Positions 41,582-52,575 of a stretch of 64,000 nt of DNA are shown piece by piece. The notes beneath the pieces are model-generated. The model ran no database searches and was not told where the DNA came from. It worked only from the letters and a program-made list of their open reading frames with translations. The stretch comes from Gammaproteobacteria bacterium. Its GTDB lineage: Bacteria; Pseudomonadota; Gammaproteobacteria; JBCCGL01. The stretch is taken from contig OZ255836.1 of the NCBI GenBank assembly GCA_965277715.1, forward strand, positions 1,408,001-1,472,000, in the 5' to 3' direction. Made by a program: the position numbers and the translations under genes. How positions within the stretch are numbered: the first letter of the stretch is position 1; each line of letters starts with the position of its first letter.

Positions 41582-42019
41582 ATGTCAACCCTGCCCACAT
41601 CGCTACCAAAAGCCAGCTTGATAAAACGCTTTGCCGCTTTTTTCTACGATTTACTCTTACTCACAGCAATTTACCTTCTAATCGGAGCCTGCGCTGTTAC
41701 ACTCAATCGCGGTGAATCGGTGCCATTATCCTGGTCACTGGTTATTTCACTGGGTATATTTCCATTGACAGCCTTCTTATTTTACGCCTGGTTCTGGCGT
41801 CGTGGCGGCCAGACACTGGGTATGCAGGCATGGCGATTAACACTAATAGCCGATTCCGGCCCAATCACCCTGACCCACTGCCTATCCCGCTACTGTGTAT
41901 CGATCTTGAGCCTTGCCTGCATCGGGTTGGGTTTTTTCTGGATATGGCTTGATAAACACCATCGCAGTTGGCAGGACATTGCCTCTCATTCACACATTTA
42001 TCAGCTACCCAAGCCTTAG
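41582..42019 (+). CDS. RDD family membrane protein
   Basis: KRFAAFFYD, FW..GGQTLGMQAWR and SWQDIAS. Confidence 0.9.
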   Translation: MSTLPTSLPKASLIKRFAAFFYDLLLLTAIYLLIGACAVTLNRGESVPLSWSLVISLGIFPLTAFLFYAWFWRRGGQTLGMQAWRLTLIADSGPITLTHCLSRYCVSILSLACIGLGFFWIWLDKHHRSWQDIASHSHIYQLPKP

Positions 42020-42420
42020 TTGACAGGCGCTCAAATCTTTTAATCTTTAAGATAAAAACACAGGTGCCATTCAGCACAACCGAATTAGCTAACTCCATCG
42101 GCACAAACACCGGGACTACTCTGAGGTTGGCACAAGAGATAAGGAGAGAAGTTGGGGTGAACGCTCACAGGTGTTCGCTTTAGTGCTCATAGAAGAAGTA
42201 AATAAGAACACCATGCTATAGTGTTAAACAGTGAACCCAAGCGCATTTTTGATTACTTTTTGTGCCCCAGCATTAATTTGTTGGGGGCAAATTAACGCGA
42301 AACCCCGAATGGGCGAGACACAGGGAAGCGCCGAACAAAAAGTAATTCGCCCGCCTGCAAAAGAGTAAAGCCCCCATACACCACGAGTGAAACCTCTAAA
42401 CCACCTACCTAACACCTCTC

Positions 42421-43485
42421 CTAAGCAACCCTACGCACTCCAAAAAACCCAACAACCCCCACCAAAATCACTGGGAAAAAAGCCCCAAAAAAGCCATGCA
42501 AGCCAAGCACCAGCCCCAACTGACTAGACACCTTGCTCAACAACAAAAACCCAACCCCAATCAAGCTACCAACAAAAATACGCTGCCCACCGCTACTGAC
42601 ACGTTGCGAACCAAACACAAATGGCAGTGCAATTAAAAACATCACAATACTCGAAACGGGTACTGAAAGTTTTGACCAAAATGCCAGTTCATAAGTCGAT
42701 GATTGCAGTTGATTCTGTTTAAGGTAGCGAACATTCTCATACAGCTCACTCGCTGACAACATTTCCGGCTGCAACGACAATGCATGCAATACATCTGGAT
42801 TTAGCAGTGTGCGCTGCTGCTGAGAAGCGTATTGCTCAACAAACAGCTCACCCTCTTCAAACCGACTGGTTTCCACCTGTTTAAGCTGCCATCCCTTTTC
42901 AGGGTGATAGTTCGCCGAATTTGCACGCACTAATTTAAGCAAGGTATTCCCCCGGTACTCATAGATATTCACACCGCGTAAATTGAGCCCAGGCAACACC
43001 CGCTGAACATTGATAAATCGCTCGCCTTCGCGCAGCCATAAACCACTCGCACCTTTAATCGAAATACCCTGTGCCGCCGTATTTAAGCGCAAACGGCTCG
43101 CATATGCCTCGCTTTGCGGCACCACCCACTCGCCCAACGAAAACACCGCTGTTGCCAATACAATCCCGACAAACACCAGCGGGCGGGCAATACGCACTAA
43201 AGACATACCCACACTGCGTATTACAATCAACTCGCTGTTATTTGCCAGCGCCCCCAAGCCTAACAGCGCACCCAGCAACACAGCGGTAGACATCATTTCA
43301 TACACGCTATTGGGGATACGCAAGGCAATATTCAATACTAATTGGTTGAAGTCGTAACCGTCCTGCCCAATATCATCGAGCTGGCGTACAAAAGCGAATA
43401 AACGGTCAAGCGCGATCAGTATTAATAGCACCAAAACCGTATTAAGTAATACGACCTTAGCCAAATAACGATCAATGGTATTCAT
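42421..43485 (-). CDS. lptG: LPS export permease LptG
   Basis: IDRYL, LANNSELIVIRSVG and YELAFWSK; downstream of lptF. Confidence 0.9.
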   Translation of the reverse strand: MNTIDRYLAKVVLLNTVLVLLILIALDRLFAFVRQLDDIGQDGYDFNQLVLNIALRIPNSVYEMMSTAVLLGALLGLGALANNSELIVIRSVGMSLVRIARPLVFVGIVLATAVFSLGEWVVPQSEAYASRLRLNTAAQGISIKGASGLWLREGERFINVQRVLPGLNLRGVNIYEYRGNTLLKLVRANSANYHPEKGWQLKQVETSRFEEGELFVEQYASQQQRTLLNPDVLHALSLQPEMLSASELYENVRYLKQNQLQSSTYELAFWSKLSVPVSSIVMFLIALPFVFGSQRVSSGGQRIFVGSLIGVGFLLLSKVSSQLGLVLGLHGFFGAFFPVILVGVVGFFGVRRVA

Positions 43486-44582
43486 GTTGCCGACGCTTTT
43501 ACACGTTTAAAAAAACGCACATTATTAGTGTGCCGCAACAGAAATAATGCGAGCATAAACAGTAATATGTGCACCCACCACAACCCTAGCCATGCCGGTA
43601 TTTGTTCAGTGGCAATCCACTTACGACTCAGCACCAGTAAATTGGTATAGGCGATGTAGATTAAAATGGCGATGGCCACTTTTCCATAACGCCCTTTGCG
43701 CGGTGAGGTATGTGATAAAGGCAATGCCAGAAAAGCCAGCAGGGGGGCAGCAAACGGAATGCCAATACGCCAATAAAACTCAGCGCGGTCTGCTGGCGCT
43801 GTCGAATAAATTAAATCCAGCGTGGGTTTTTCCAAACGCTTAATAGTCGATGATGAACCACCTTCTTTCGGCACCAAAACACCATGCTTGGCAAATTCAA
43901 TCACCTGATGCCCTTTCTCCCCTACTCCCAGGGTCGTGCGCTCACCGTCGACAAACACCAGATACTGTTCACCACTTTTCTGATCAAATTGATAGTGCGC
44001 AGAGCTGGCTCTTTCCAATGCCTCATGCCCATCGGAGGTTTTCTGGCGCAAAAAGACGCCCTGCATCAAATCACCTTCAGGCAATGTTTGTGCGAACATC
44101 ACGAGATTACCGTTTTGTGACTCAACGAATTTTCCCTCACGCATCAGCGCGACAAGGTTATTGACGCTGGTATCGGCTTTGATGGTTTGCTCCCAGTTTT
44201 CTGCCCACGGTGAAACCAATGTGGTAAGTGGCAGGGTAATTAAAATGCCCAGAAAACCCAACACAAGCACCGGCCTGTATAACCTTTTTACCCCGACACC
44301 GCAGGCTGACAATACAACCATTTCACTATCCTGGTATAAACGACCCAGCCCCAGGATAATGCCAAGATATAATCCCAAAGGTACAATGGTGACCAGTAAA
44401 TTTATCGATGTTGCCACTAACAATGGCAACACCACATCGACACTCAACTGGCCACCTGCCGCCTTGACCAGAACGCGTAACAGTGCGTGACTAATCATAA
44501 TCGCAAACAATACCAGCGTAACAGCCATCCATGAAAATGCCCCTTCACGAAATAAATATCGATCAATAACAGGAATATGCAC
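43482..44582 (-). CDS. lptF: LPS export permease LptF
   Basis: GRLYQDSEMVVLSACG and PRKGRY; divergent from pepA. Confidence 0.9.
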   Translation of the reverse strand: MHIPVIDRYLFREGAFSWMAVTLVLFAIMISHALLRVLVKAAGGQLSVDVVLPLLVATSINLLVTIVPLGLYLGIILGLGRLYQDSEMVVLSACGVGVKRLYRPVLVLGFLGILITLPLTTLVSPWAENWEQTIKADTSVNNLVALMREGKFVESQNGNLVMFAQTLPEGDLMQGVFLRQKTSDGHEALERASSAHYQFDQKSGEQYLVFVDGERTTLGVGEKGHQVIEFAKHGVLVPKEGGSSSTIKRLEKPTLDLIYSTAPADRAEFYWRIGIPFAAPLLAFLALPLSHTSPRKGRYGKVAIAILIYIAYTNLLVLSRKWIATEQIPAWLGLWWVHILLFMLALFLLRHTNNVRFFKRVKASAT

Positions 44583-44783
44583 AGTGAGGTCAGCTATGCT
44601 TGATTGTATGTTTCATGGGATTGGGCCACAGCATGAGTAAGCGTGTATTATATGTTGAATAAGACGATGCATCCTACGTTAGTTTTTCCGGGTTGTTTTT
44701 CCGGGCTAAACAGGCTGCCCCGGATATACTTCAATTTACTCGATTATTTTACATAAATTTATTTCTATTTTAGAGGGGTCATT

Positions 44784-46271
44784 ATGGAGATTGTGGTTAA
44801 AAGTAGTGCTATCGATAAGCTGCGTGGCGACTGTATTGTCGTTGGGGTACATACCGGCGCCGGGTTATCCGTGGCGGCTGAGGCACTCAATCAGCTCAGT
44901 GGCGGGTATATCTGTAAAATACTTAAAAAAGGCGACATTGACGGCGAGCACGGCCAGTTACTCTGGCTACACAATGTGCCCAATGTAATGGCAGACCGGG
45001 TTTTATTGGTCGGCTGTGGCAAAACCGGCAGTATGGCAGGTGGGCGGTTTTATAAAACCTGTGGCGTTGTTGCCAAGGCATTGGAGTCCAGCGGAGTTGG
45101 TGAAGCGGGTTCCTACCTGGCCGAGGTGGATGTCGATGACCACGACATTACCTGGAAGATGAAACAGGCAGCGCTAGCCTCTAAAAACGCGGTGTACCGC
45201 TTTGACCAGCTCAAGAGCAACCCTAAAAAACCGCGCAAACCACTCAAAAAACTGGCGCTGGTGTCGACCCAAAAAATGGCGTTGGCCAAGGCAAAAAAAG
45301 CGGTCGAAAACGCATGTGGCATCGCTAACGGCATGTCACTGACCAAAGACCTGGGCAACCTGCCCGCTAATATTTGTAACCCCAACTATCTGGCAAAACA
45401 GGCGCAAGCACTCAAAAAACAATACCCTAAGCTCAAAGTTAAAATTGCCGAGGAAGCCGAAATGAAAAAACTTGGCATGGGTTCACTGCTGTCTGTTTCG
45501 CAGGGCAGTAAACAGCCCGCCAAATTAATTATCATGCAACACAACGGTGGAAAAACCAGCGAAAAACCCATCGTGCTGGTAGGTAAAGCCGTGACATTTG
45601 ATACCGGCGGTATTTCCCTAAAACCCGCTGCGGGAATGGATGAAATGAAGTTTGATATGTGTGGCGGCGCCAGTGTTTTTGGGGCGATGGCCGCCTGCGC
45701 AGAGTTGCAACTAGCGTGTAATGTCGTCGGCATTGTGCCCGCGACTGAAAATATGCCGGGCAGCCAGGCCACCCGTCCGGGGGATGTTTATACCACTATG
45801 TCGGGGCAAACCGTCGAAGTGCTCAATACCGACGCTGAGGGCCGTTTGATTTTATGTGACGCCCTGACTTATGCAGAGCGCTTCAAGCCCAAAGCCGTCA
45901 TTGATATCGCCACGTTGACCGGGGCTTGCGTCATTGCACTGGGGCACCATGCCGCTGCGGTGTATAGCAACCAACAGGCACTGGCCGATAAATTACTCAA
46001 AGCCGGTACAGACAGTGAGGACCGCTGCTGGCAAATGCCGCTGTGGGATGACTATCAATCACAACTCGACAGTAATTTTGCCGATATTGCCAATATCGGT
46101 GGGCGCGATGCCGGTAGTATTACGGCGGCCTGTTTTTTATCCCGTTTTGCTAAAAATTATCACTGGGCGCACCTTGATATCGCTGGCGTGGCGTGGCATT
46201 CAGGCAAAAATAAAGGTGCAACGGGTAGGCCTGTTGGTTTATTGATGGAGTACCTGTTTACGCATGTTTAG
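44784..46271 (+). CDS. pepA: Leucyl aminopeptidase
   Basis: GKAVTFDTGGISLK, MKFDM and NTDAEGRL. Confidence 0.97.
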   Translation: MEIVVKSSAIDKLRGDCIVVGVHTGAGLSVAAEALNQLSGGYICKILKKGDIDGEHGQLLWLHNVPNVMADRVLLVGCGKTGSMAGGRFYKTCGVVAKALESSGVGEAGSYLAEVDVDDHDITWKMKQAALASKNAVYRFDQLKSNPKKPRKPLKKLALVSTQKMALAKAKKAVENACGIANGMSLTKDLGNLPANICNPNYLAKQAQALKKQYPKLKVKIAEEAEMKKLGMGSLLSVSQGSKQPAKLIIMQHNGGKTSEKPIVLVGKAVTFDTGGISLKPAAGMDEMKFDMCGGASVFGAMAACAELQLACNVVGIVPATENMPGSQATRPGDVYTTMSGQTVEVLNTDAEGRLILCDALTYAERFKPKAVIDIATLTGACVIALGHHAAAVYSNQQALADKLLKAGTDSEDRCWQMPLWDDYQSQLDSNFADIANIGGRDAGSITAACFLSRFAKNYHWAHLDIAGVAWHSGKNKGATGRPVGLLMEYLFTHV

Positions 46272-46282
46272 GCCAATAACCT

Positions 46283-46735
46283 ATGACAAAAATAGAGTTT
46301 CTGTTACTCGCCGATAACACGCAGCCCAGCGATGTCTATAATATTATCTATCAGCGAACACGTTTCGCCAGTGAACAGGGTGGTGTGTATATTCACACAC
46401 AAAATGAAACAGAAAGCCGGGCGCTCGATACGCACCTGAGCGCTATACAGCCCGATGTGCCTGTTTCATACAAAGTGACCGAAAACCTGGCGCCAGAGGG
46501 GCGCCAGGTAGTGATCGGCATAGATGACGCCAAAATATTCATTGGTTCGCAATGCGAGCCAGATGGCAGTCACAGTACGCTGGTGAGTACTAGTGTCGAC
46601 ATACCCTGGTTTTTTAGTCGCTTTGACTATTTTATTGAGTTGGTACAAGCGGGCGAAAAAGCCCGTACAATGGGCCGGGAGCGCTACTTGTATTACAAAC
46701 GCAGAGGTTACCCGTTGCAGCACAAACAACTTTAG
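46283..46735 (+). CDS. holC: DNA polymerase III chi subunit (divergent)
   Basis: MTKIEF..L and GRERY.YYK.RGYPL; pepA-holC synteny. Confidence 0.8.
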   Translation: MTKIEFLLLADNTQPSDVYNIIYQRTRFASEQGGVYIHTQNETESRALDTHLSAIQPDVPVSYKVTENLAPEGRQVVIGIDDAKIFIGSQCEPDGSHSTLVSTSVDIPWFFSRFDYFIELVQAGEKARTMGRERYLYYKRRGYPLQHKQL

Positions 46736-46746
46736 GTATCTTGGTT

Positions 46747-47178
46747 ATGCCCTCATCACATACTACTGACGACAATGATGAATTCCCTATTCTCACCGAT
46801 GTGGTGAAAACAGATAGCCCCGCAGAGGCCAATACAGCACAGCAACGCCATACGAATGAGAACGACACCGATACACAAGACGACCCGGTAATATTCATAC
46901 CGGCAGCTCGCCGTTTGGATAAACCGGACAGCCCAACCTCAGCGTACTCAAATAGAATCAGCCCGGTTAAAGAAAGCCATACCTTAAGAAGCCAAATCCA
47001 GGAAAACCCCTCCCTGGAAAACCGGGCAATTCACAACACACGCCCATTGCACATGAAAAAAGAAAGTAATTTGGCATCGCCTGGTGCACCACTCGAACAA
47101 CTTGTCGAGCAAATCATCGAGCGACATGCCAAGCAAATGCGCTACGAGTTACTCGCCGTTATTAAGCTTCACGGTTAG
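46747..47178 (+). CDS. Hypothetical low-complexity protein
   Basis: FPILTDVV N-motif and a C-terminal amphipathic helix, the type often found after holC. Confidence 0.6.
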   Translation: MPSSHTTDDNDEFPILTDVVKTDSPAEANTAQQRHTNENDTDTQDDPVIFIPAARRLDKPDSPTSAYSNRISPVKESHTLRSQIQENPSLENRAIHNTRPLHMKKESNLASPGAPLEQLVEQIIERHAKQMRYELLAVIKLHG

Positions 47179-47298
47179 GAAAATAATACCCCTTAAGGAT
47201 TCTCTCCGATGACCGATATCTAACAGGCGATAGCATCAACTGATCTTAGGTTGAGTTTCACGCTATTCTTTATTAATCGTGTGTTTTGGAGTTATTCG

Positions 47299-47712
47299 AT
47301 GACCCTGCGTATTACCTTAGCTATTCTCTGTTTGCTATTAACGCCACTGGCAACCGCTGGCGAAAATGAAGAGGAAAAGGGACTGTTCAAAGCCAAACCG
47401 ATTTACGTCAGTATGCTGCCACACTTTCTAGTCAATCTGGATGACAGGCAAACACAGCGTTTTATGCAGATAAAAGCCAACACGCTGGTTGCCAACAAGA
47501 ATACAGAAAAATCGCTAAAACTGCATATGCCCGCTGTCCGGCACGGTATTTTGATGATGCTAAGCCACCTCACGCCCGATGATGTTCGCACCTCAGAGCA
47601 AAAGGAAGCATTGCGCCAGGAAATTACCGAAATTATCCGCGTTACACTGCGCGAGTTATCGGATCACGACGATGTAAAGGGTTTTTATATCACCAGCGTC
47701 GTCACCCAATAG
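47299..47712 (+). CDS. fliL: FliL-family protein
   Basis: N-terminal hydrophobic segment, FLVNL, HMPAVR, KEALRQEI and terminal T..V.Q; GGAG RBS. Confidence 0.8.
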   Translation: MTLRITLAILCLLLTPLATAGENEEEKGLFKAKPIYVSMLPHFLVNLDDRQTQRFMQIKANTLVANKNTEKSLKLHMPAVRHGILMMLSHLTPDDVRTSEQKEALRQEITEIIRVTLRELSDHDDVKGFYITSVVTQ

Positions 47713-47899
47713 TTACCCACAATAATGACTCACAGTAGTTACCTGGACATCACCCAGACACCCCCATGAACCACCGGAAAAAGCTCGCCCCAACAGACTC
47801 ACTACAAACGCTGGTGAGAAAAGCAGGTTAAGGTTAAAATCCAGCGCTTTTGACGCCTGCAGGCGTTGCCCACTTGAAGAGACAGGCAAGCGCAATATA

Positions 47900-50710
47900 A
47901 TGGATAAAACCTACCAACCGCACGCAATAGAACAACGCTGGTACAGCGAGTGGGAACAACAGGGCTACTTTGCACCACAAGGTGGCGATACCCCCTATTG
48001 TATTATGATCCCCCCTCCCAATGTGACGGGTACATTGCATATGGGGCATGCCTTTCAAGATACGATCATGGACACGCTTATCCGCTATCACCGTATGAAA
48101 GGTGATAATACACTGTGGCAACCGGGGTGTGACCATGCGGGCATTGCCACACAAATGGTGGTGGAGCGGCAGTTAAATGCGCAGGGGAAAAACCGCCACG
48201 ACCTGGGTCGCGATACGTTTATCGAGCGCGTATGGGAGTGGAAAGAGGAGTCTGGGGGCAATATCAGCCAGCAACTGCGGCGCATGGGCACCTCACCCGA
48301 CTGGTCACGCGAACGTTTCACGATGGACGATGGGTTGTCTGTGGCGGTACGCAAAATGTTTATCGACCTGTATGACAAGGGCATCATCTATCGCGGTAAG
48401 CGACTGGTTAACTGGGACCCGGTACTGCACACCGCACTATCCGATCTCGAAGTGCTGAGCGAGGAAGAGTCCGGTCATTTATGGCATATGCGCTACCCAT
48501 TGAGTGATGGCAGTGGTCACCTGGTAGTCGCCACTACACGCCCGGAAACCATGCTCGGCGATACCGCCGTTGCCGTTCATCCCGATGACTCACGCTATGC
48601 CGATCTCATCGGTAAAACCATCACGCTGCCGCTGGTGGGGCGTGAGATAATCATCGTTGCCGACGACTATGTCGACCCTGAATTTGGCAGCGGTTGCGTC
48701 AAAATCACCCCGGCACACGACTTTAACGATTATGCACTGGGCCAGCGGCACAATCTGGAGATTATCAACATATTCACCGATGATGCCGCCATCAATGTAT
48801 CGGCCCCCGAACAGTATCGTGGGTTGGATCGCTACCAGGCACGCAAGCAGATTGTTGCCGATCTCGACGCCGCCGGGCTGCTGGAAAAAATCGACACGCA
48901 CAAACTGATGGTGCCTCGCGGTGATCGCAGCAATGCAGTTGTCGAACCTTATTTGACCGATCAGTGGTATGTCGATCTCACCCAGGAAACCCAACAGGAT
49001 GGCCGCCCTGGCGGTAAAACTCTGATTACCGACCCCGCCATCGAATGCGTGCGCGATGGGCGTATTCAGTTTGTCCCCGGGAATTGGCGTAAAACATATT
49101 ACAGCTGGTTAGAAAATATTCAGGATTGGTGTATCTCGCGGCAAATCTGGTGGGGCCACCGCATCCCGGCCTGGTACGACGCAGAGGGCACTCTCTATGT
49201 CGCTGAAGATGAGGCCAGTGCGCGCAAAAAATACCGTCTCGCAGACAGCCTGGTACTCACCCGGGACAACGATGTACTCGATACCTGGTTTAGCTCGGCG
49301 CTATGGCCCTTTTCGACCCTGGGCTGGCCAGACAACACCACCGCGCTGCAAACCTTCTACCCCACCTCGGTGCTGGTCACCGGCTTCGACATTATCTTCT
49401 TTTGGGTGGCACGCATGATCATGTTCGGCCTGGTGGCGATGGACGGTGTTGTACCTTTCCACCAAGTCTATATTCACGGCCTGGTGCGTGACGCCAACGG
49501 CGCGAAAATGTCTAAATCCAAAGGCAATATTATCGACCCGCTGGACATTATCGATGGTATTGAGCTGGAGCCGCTGGTCGCCAAACGAACGGGCAATATG
49601 ATGCAGCCACACCTGGCCGCCAAAATTGAAAGGGAAACCCGTGCCGAATTCCCGGACGGTATTCCCAGCTACGGCACCGATGCACTGCGCTTCACCTTCG
49701 CCTCACTGGCTTCTACCGGGCGCGATGTACGCTTCGATCTAAAGCGCGTCGAAGGCTACCGGAATTTTTGTAACAAATTGTGGAACGCCAGCCGCTACGT
49801 GATGATGAATGTCGAGGGGCCGGATGTTGGGTTGGGCGATGGGTCGTGTGAACTCTCGTTGGCTGACCGCTGGATTGTTTCCCAATTGCAGCGTACCGAG
49901 GCCGATATTCACACGCATTTCGACAGCTACCGCTTTGACCTCGCTGCACACGCCATCTACGAATTCACCTGGAACGAATATTGTGACTGGTATCTGGAGC
50001 TGGCCAAGCCCACGCTGTTGGGTGAGAGCAGTGCAGCACAAAAACAGGGCACCCGGCGCACCCTGGTGCGTGTACTTGGCGCTATTTTACGTCTCTGCCA
50101 TCCACTGATGCCCTATATCACTGAAGAGCTGTGGCAACGCATCGGGCCACTCAGTGGCAGTGGCAGTGGCAGCAGCAGTATCATGCTGGCGCCTTACCCG
50201 GTCGCACAGCCGGAAAAAATCGATACCGATGCGGAGTCGGATATTGAGTGGGTTAAGCACGTCATTATGGGGGTGCGTAAGATCCGCTCAGAAATGGATA
50301 TTCCCCCCGGTAAACCGCTACCGTTGATACTCGATGGGGGTTCTGACCAAGACCGTAGTCGGGAATTAACTCATCAGGCATTGCTCAAAGCGCTGGCAAA
50401 AATTGAATCTATTCACTGGTTGCAAGCGGGGCAGGAAGCACCTGAATCGGCGATAACACTGGTCGGTGATTTAAAACTACTGATTCCCCTGCGTGGGCTG
50501 ATCAATAAAGAAGACGAAATCGTGCGTCTGAAGAAGGAAATGGCTAAGCTGGATGCTGAGCTGAAACGACTCGGTGGCAAGCTCGGCAACCAGCAGTTTA
50601 CCTCGCGTGCCCCGCAAGCGGTGGTCGACAAAGAGCGCGAACGACTGGCTGAAACAACCGGCGCCCACGAAAAATTACAAAAACAACTGGACAAAATACA
50701 GGCTTTATAA
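47900..50710 (+). CDS. valS: Valine--tRNA ligase
   Basis: [28 protein letters not shown] and KMSKS. Confidence 0.98.
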   Translation: MDKTYQPHAIEQRWYSEWEQQGYFAPQGGDTPYCIMIPPPNVTGTLHMGHAFQDTIMDTLIRYHRMKGDNTLWQPGCDHAGIATQMVVERQLNAQGKNRHDLGRDTFIERVWEWKEESGGNISQQLRRMGTSPDWSRERFTMDDGLSVAVRKMFIDLYDKGIIYRGKRLVNWDPVLHTALSDLEVLSEEESGHLWHMRYPLSDGSGHLVVATTRPETMLGDTAVAVHPDDSRYADLIGKTITLPLVGREIIIVADDYVDPEFGSGCVKITPAHDFNDYALGQRHNLEIINIFTDDAAINVSAPEQYRGLDRYQARKQIVADLDAAGLLEKIDTHKLMVPRGDRSNAVVEPYLTDQWYVDLTQETQQDGRPGGKTLITDPAIECVRDGRIQFVPGNWRKTYYSWLENIQDWCISRQIWWGHRIPAWYDAEGTLYVAEDEASARKKYRLADSLVLTRDNDVLDTWFSSALWPFSTLGWPDNTTALQTFYPTSVLVTGFDIIFFWVARMIMFGLVAMDGVVPFHQVYIHGLVRDANGAKMSKSKGNIIDPLDIIDGIELEPLVAKRTGNMMQPHLAAKIERETRAEFPDGIPSYGTDALRFTFASLASTGRDVRFDLKRVEGYRNFCNKLWNASRYVMMNVEGPDVGLGDGSCELSLADRWIVSQLQRTEADIHTHFDSYRFDLAAHAIYEFTWNEYCDWYLELAKPTLLGESSAAQKQGTRRTLVRVLGAILRLCHPLMPYITEELWQRIGPLSGSGSGSSSIMLAPYPVAQPEKIDTDAESDIEWVKHVIMGVRKIRSEMDIPPGKPLPLILDGGSDQDRSRELTHQALLKALAKIESIHWLQAGQEAPESAITLVGDLKLLIPLRGLINKEDEIVRLKKEMAKLDAELKRLGGKLGNQQFTSRAPQAVVDKERERLAETTGAHEKLQKQLDKIQAL

Positions 50711-50712
50711 CC

Positions 50713-51081
50713 ATGAGCAATATTCCCGATTTTGACGACGCCGAAATATGGGTGGTGAAATCCACCCTGCGAGAACGCTGGGAGGGCAATAACATTGAGT
50801 TGCATTTTGCCGATGTCGATATCAGTGTAGTGCCCGGTTCAGTGGAAACCATGACCTGCCCGGCCATTGTATGGATGGCAGACGGCTGCAATTTTGTTGT
50901 CTTTAAAGTCGGTGATCAGCGCTTTCGCAATCAGTTTTTCTACCGTGTTAACGAACAGTTCGGCACGGGTATCGATGAGTATGACAATATTGGCGAGTGT
51001 GTCGTCACGCTCATCCGCCTACAGGCGGATCACGCCCGCGATGAAAAAATGCAACAGGAGGCAGATACTTCATGCGTATAA
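50713..51081 (+). CDS. Conserved-looking hypothetical protein
   Basis: Tightly coupled between valS and the phosphofructokinase gene; no function recognised. Confidence 0.7.
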   Translation: MSNIPDFDDAEIWVVKSTLRERWEGNNIELHFADVDISVVPGSVETMTCPAIVWMADGCNFVVFKVGDQRFRNQFFYRVNEQFGTGIDEYDNIGECVVTLIRLQADHARDEKMQQEADTSCV

Positions 51082-52325
51082 AAAATGCGTTTTACGCACA
51101 ATCCGGTGGCGTTACTGCGGTCATCAATGCCTCGGCTTGCGGGCTTATCCAAACGGCGCGTAATCACCGCGATAAAATAGGCACCGTCTACGCGGGCCGC
51201 AACGGCATTATCGGTGCACTGAGTGAAGATCTAATCGACACCAGCCTCGAATCTGATGCCGATATCGCCGCGTTGCGTCATACCCCCTCCGGCTGCTTTG
51301 GTTCCTGCCGTTACAAACTCAAAAGCCTCGAGGAGAACCAACGCGAATACCAACGTTTAATCGAGGTATTCAAGGCACATGATATCGGCTATTTCTTTTA
51401 CAACGGCGGGGGGGATTCCGCCGACACCTGCCACAAAATTTCCCTGCTATCAGAAAATCTGGGATTCCCGATTCAGGCCATTCATATTCCCAAAACGGTC
51501 GATAATGATTTACCGGTTACCGACAACTGCCCCGGTTTTGGCTCGGTGGCAAAATACATTGCTGTCTCTGCGTTAGAAGCCAGCCTGGATGTGCGTTCAA
51601 TGGCGAAAACCTCCACCAGAATATTCGTGCTGGAGGTGATGGGACGCCACGCCGGTTGGATTGCAGCAGCCGGTGGCTTGATCGAGGATCAGGGTATCCC
51701 TGTGGTCATCCTGTTTCCAGAGGTTGAGTTCGATCAGGATAAGTTCATTGCCGCCATACAGGCAAAAGTGGCGGCACAGGGGTTTTGTACCATTGTCGTC
51801 TCTGAGGGGGCGCACTGGCCCGATGGACGGTTTCTTGCCGAGCAGGGCAGTACCGATGCCTTTGGTCACGCACAACTGGGCGGTGCAGCACCGGTGGTGG
51901 CGAACATGATCAAGGCGGCAACCGGCCATAAATTTCACTGGGCGGTGGCTGATTATATGCAGCGTGCTGCACGCCATCTGGCCTCAAAGACCGATGTCGA
52001 GCAAGCCTATGCAATGGGCAGGGCCGCCGTAGAATTTGCCCTGGCAGGCGAGCGCGCCAGTATGCCAACCATTGTGCGTACCGCCGACTCACCCTATGCG
52101 TGGAAAGTAGGCAAAGCATCGCTGGCAGATATCGCCAATGTGGAAAAGTTTATGCCTGCACACTTTATCAGCGACGATGGTTTTGGTATCACCCCTGCCT
52201 GCAAAGCCTACTTGCTCCCCTTGATTCAGGGAGAGGATTACCCGCCTTATGAAAATGGCGTGCCTCGTTACGTCACGCTTAAGAATAAAAGCGTAAACAA
52301 AAAATTGGCCGTGTTTGACGTGTAA
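51072..52325 (+). CDS. Phosphofructokinase, probably PPi-dependent
   Basis: QSGGVTAVIN, NGGGDS, PKTVDND and EVMGRHAGW. Confidence 0.88.
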   Translation: MRIKNAFYAQSGGVTAVINASACGLIQTARNHRDKIGTVYAGRNGIIGALSEDLIDTSLESDADIAALRHTPSGCFGSCRYKLKSLEENQREYQRLIEVFKAHDIGYFFYNGGGDSADTCHKISLLSENLGFPIQAIHIPKTVDNDLPVTDNCPGFGSVAKYIAVSALEASLDVRSMAKTSTRIFVLEVMGRHAGWIAAAGGLIEDQGIPVVILFPEVEFDQDKFIAAIQAKVAAQGFCTIVVSEGAHWPDGRFLAEQGSTDAFGHAQLGGAAPVVANMIKAATGHKFHWAVADYMQRAARHLASKTDVEQAYAMGRAAVEFALAGERASMPTIVRTADSPYAWKVGKASLADIANVEKFMPAHFISDDGFGITPACKAYLLPLIQGEDYPPYENGVPRYVTLKNKSVNKKLAVFDV

Positions 52326-52330
52326 ACAGC

Positions 52331-52552
52331 TTACGCCGTGCTCAGCGCAAGCTGTACCAACCCCCAGACCACCAACAAAAACAACACCGTACCCGCCAAC
52401 CCAGCCACAATAAAGTGGATGGGTTTACCGTGCTTAAAGTCGCGTTCGCGATTGGCACTACTTTGCACGCCAAAACCGGCTGCCAGCACACTTTGCATTA
52501 CCGCCAAAAAACCTGTGCCCCGCCGTTCATCACTTGGTTGTTCGTCACTCAT
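52331..52552 (-). CDS. DUF2970-like small membrane protein
   Basis: SVLAAGFGVQS..NRERDF..G.P..FI..G pattern. Confidence 0.8.
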   Translation of the reverse strand: MSDEQPSDERRGTGFLAVMQSVLAAGFGVQSSANRERDFKHGKPIHFIVAGLAGTVLFLLVVWGLVQLALSTA

Positions 52553-52575
52553 GGATAAAAGACCTGTAAATTAAC

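Noticed and set aside
50152-50179. GGCAGT microsatellite in valS as a phase-variation site
   Set aside because: Only about three in-frame hexamer units encoding a Gly/Ser linker; slippage would not shift the frame.
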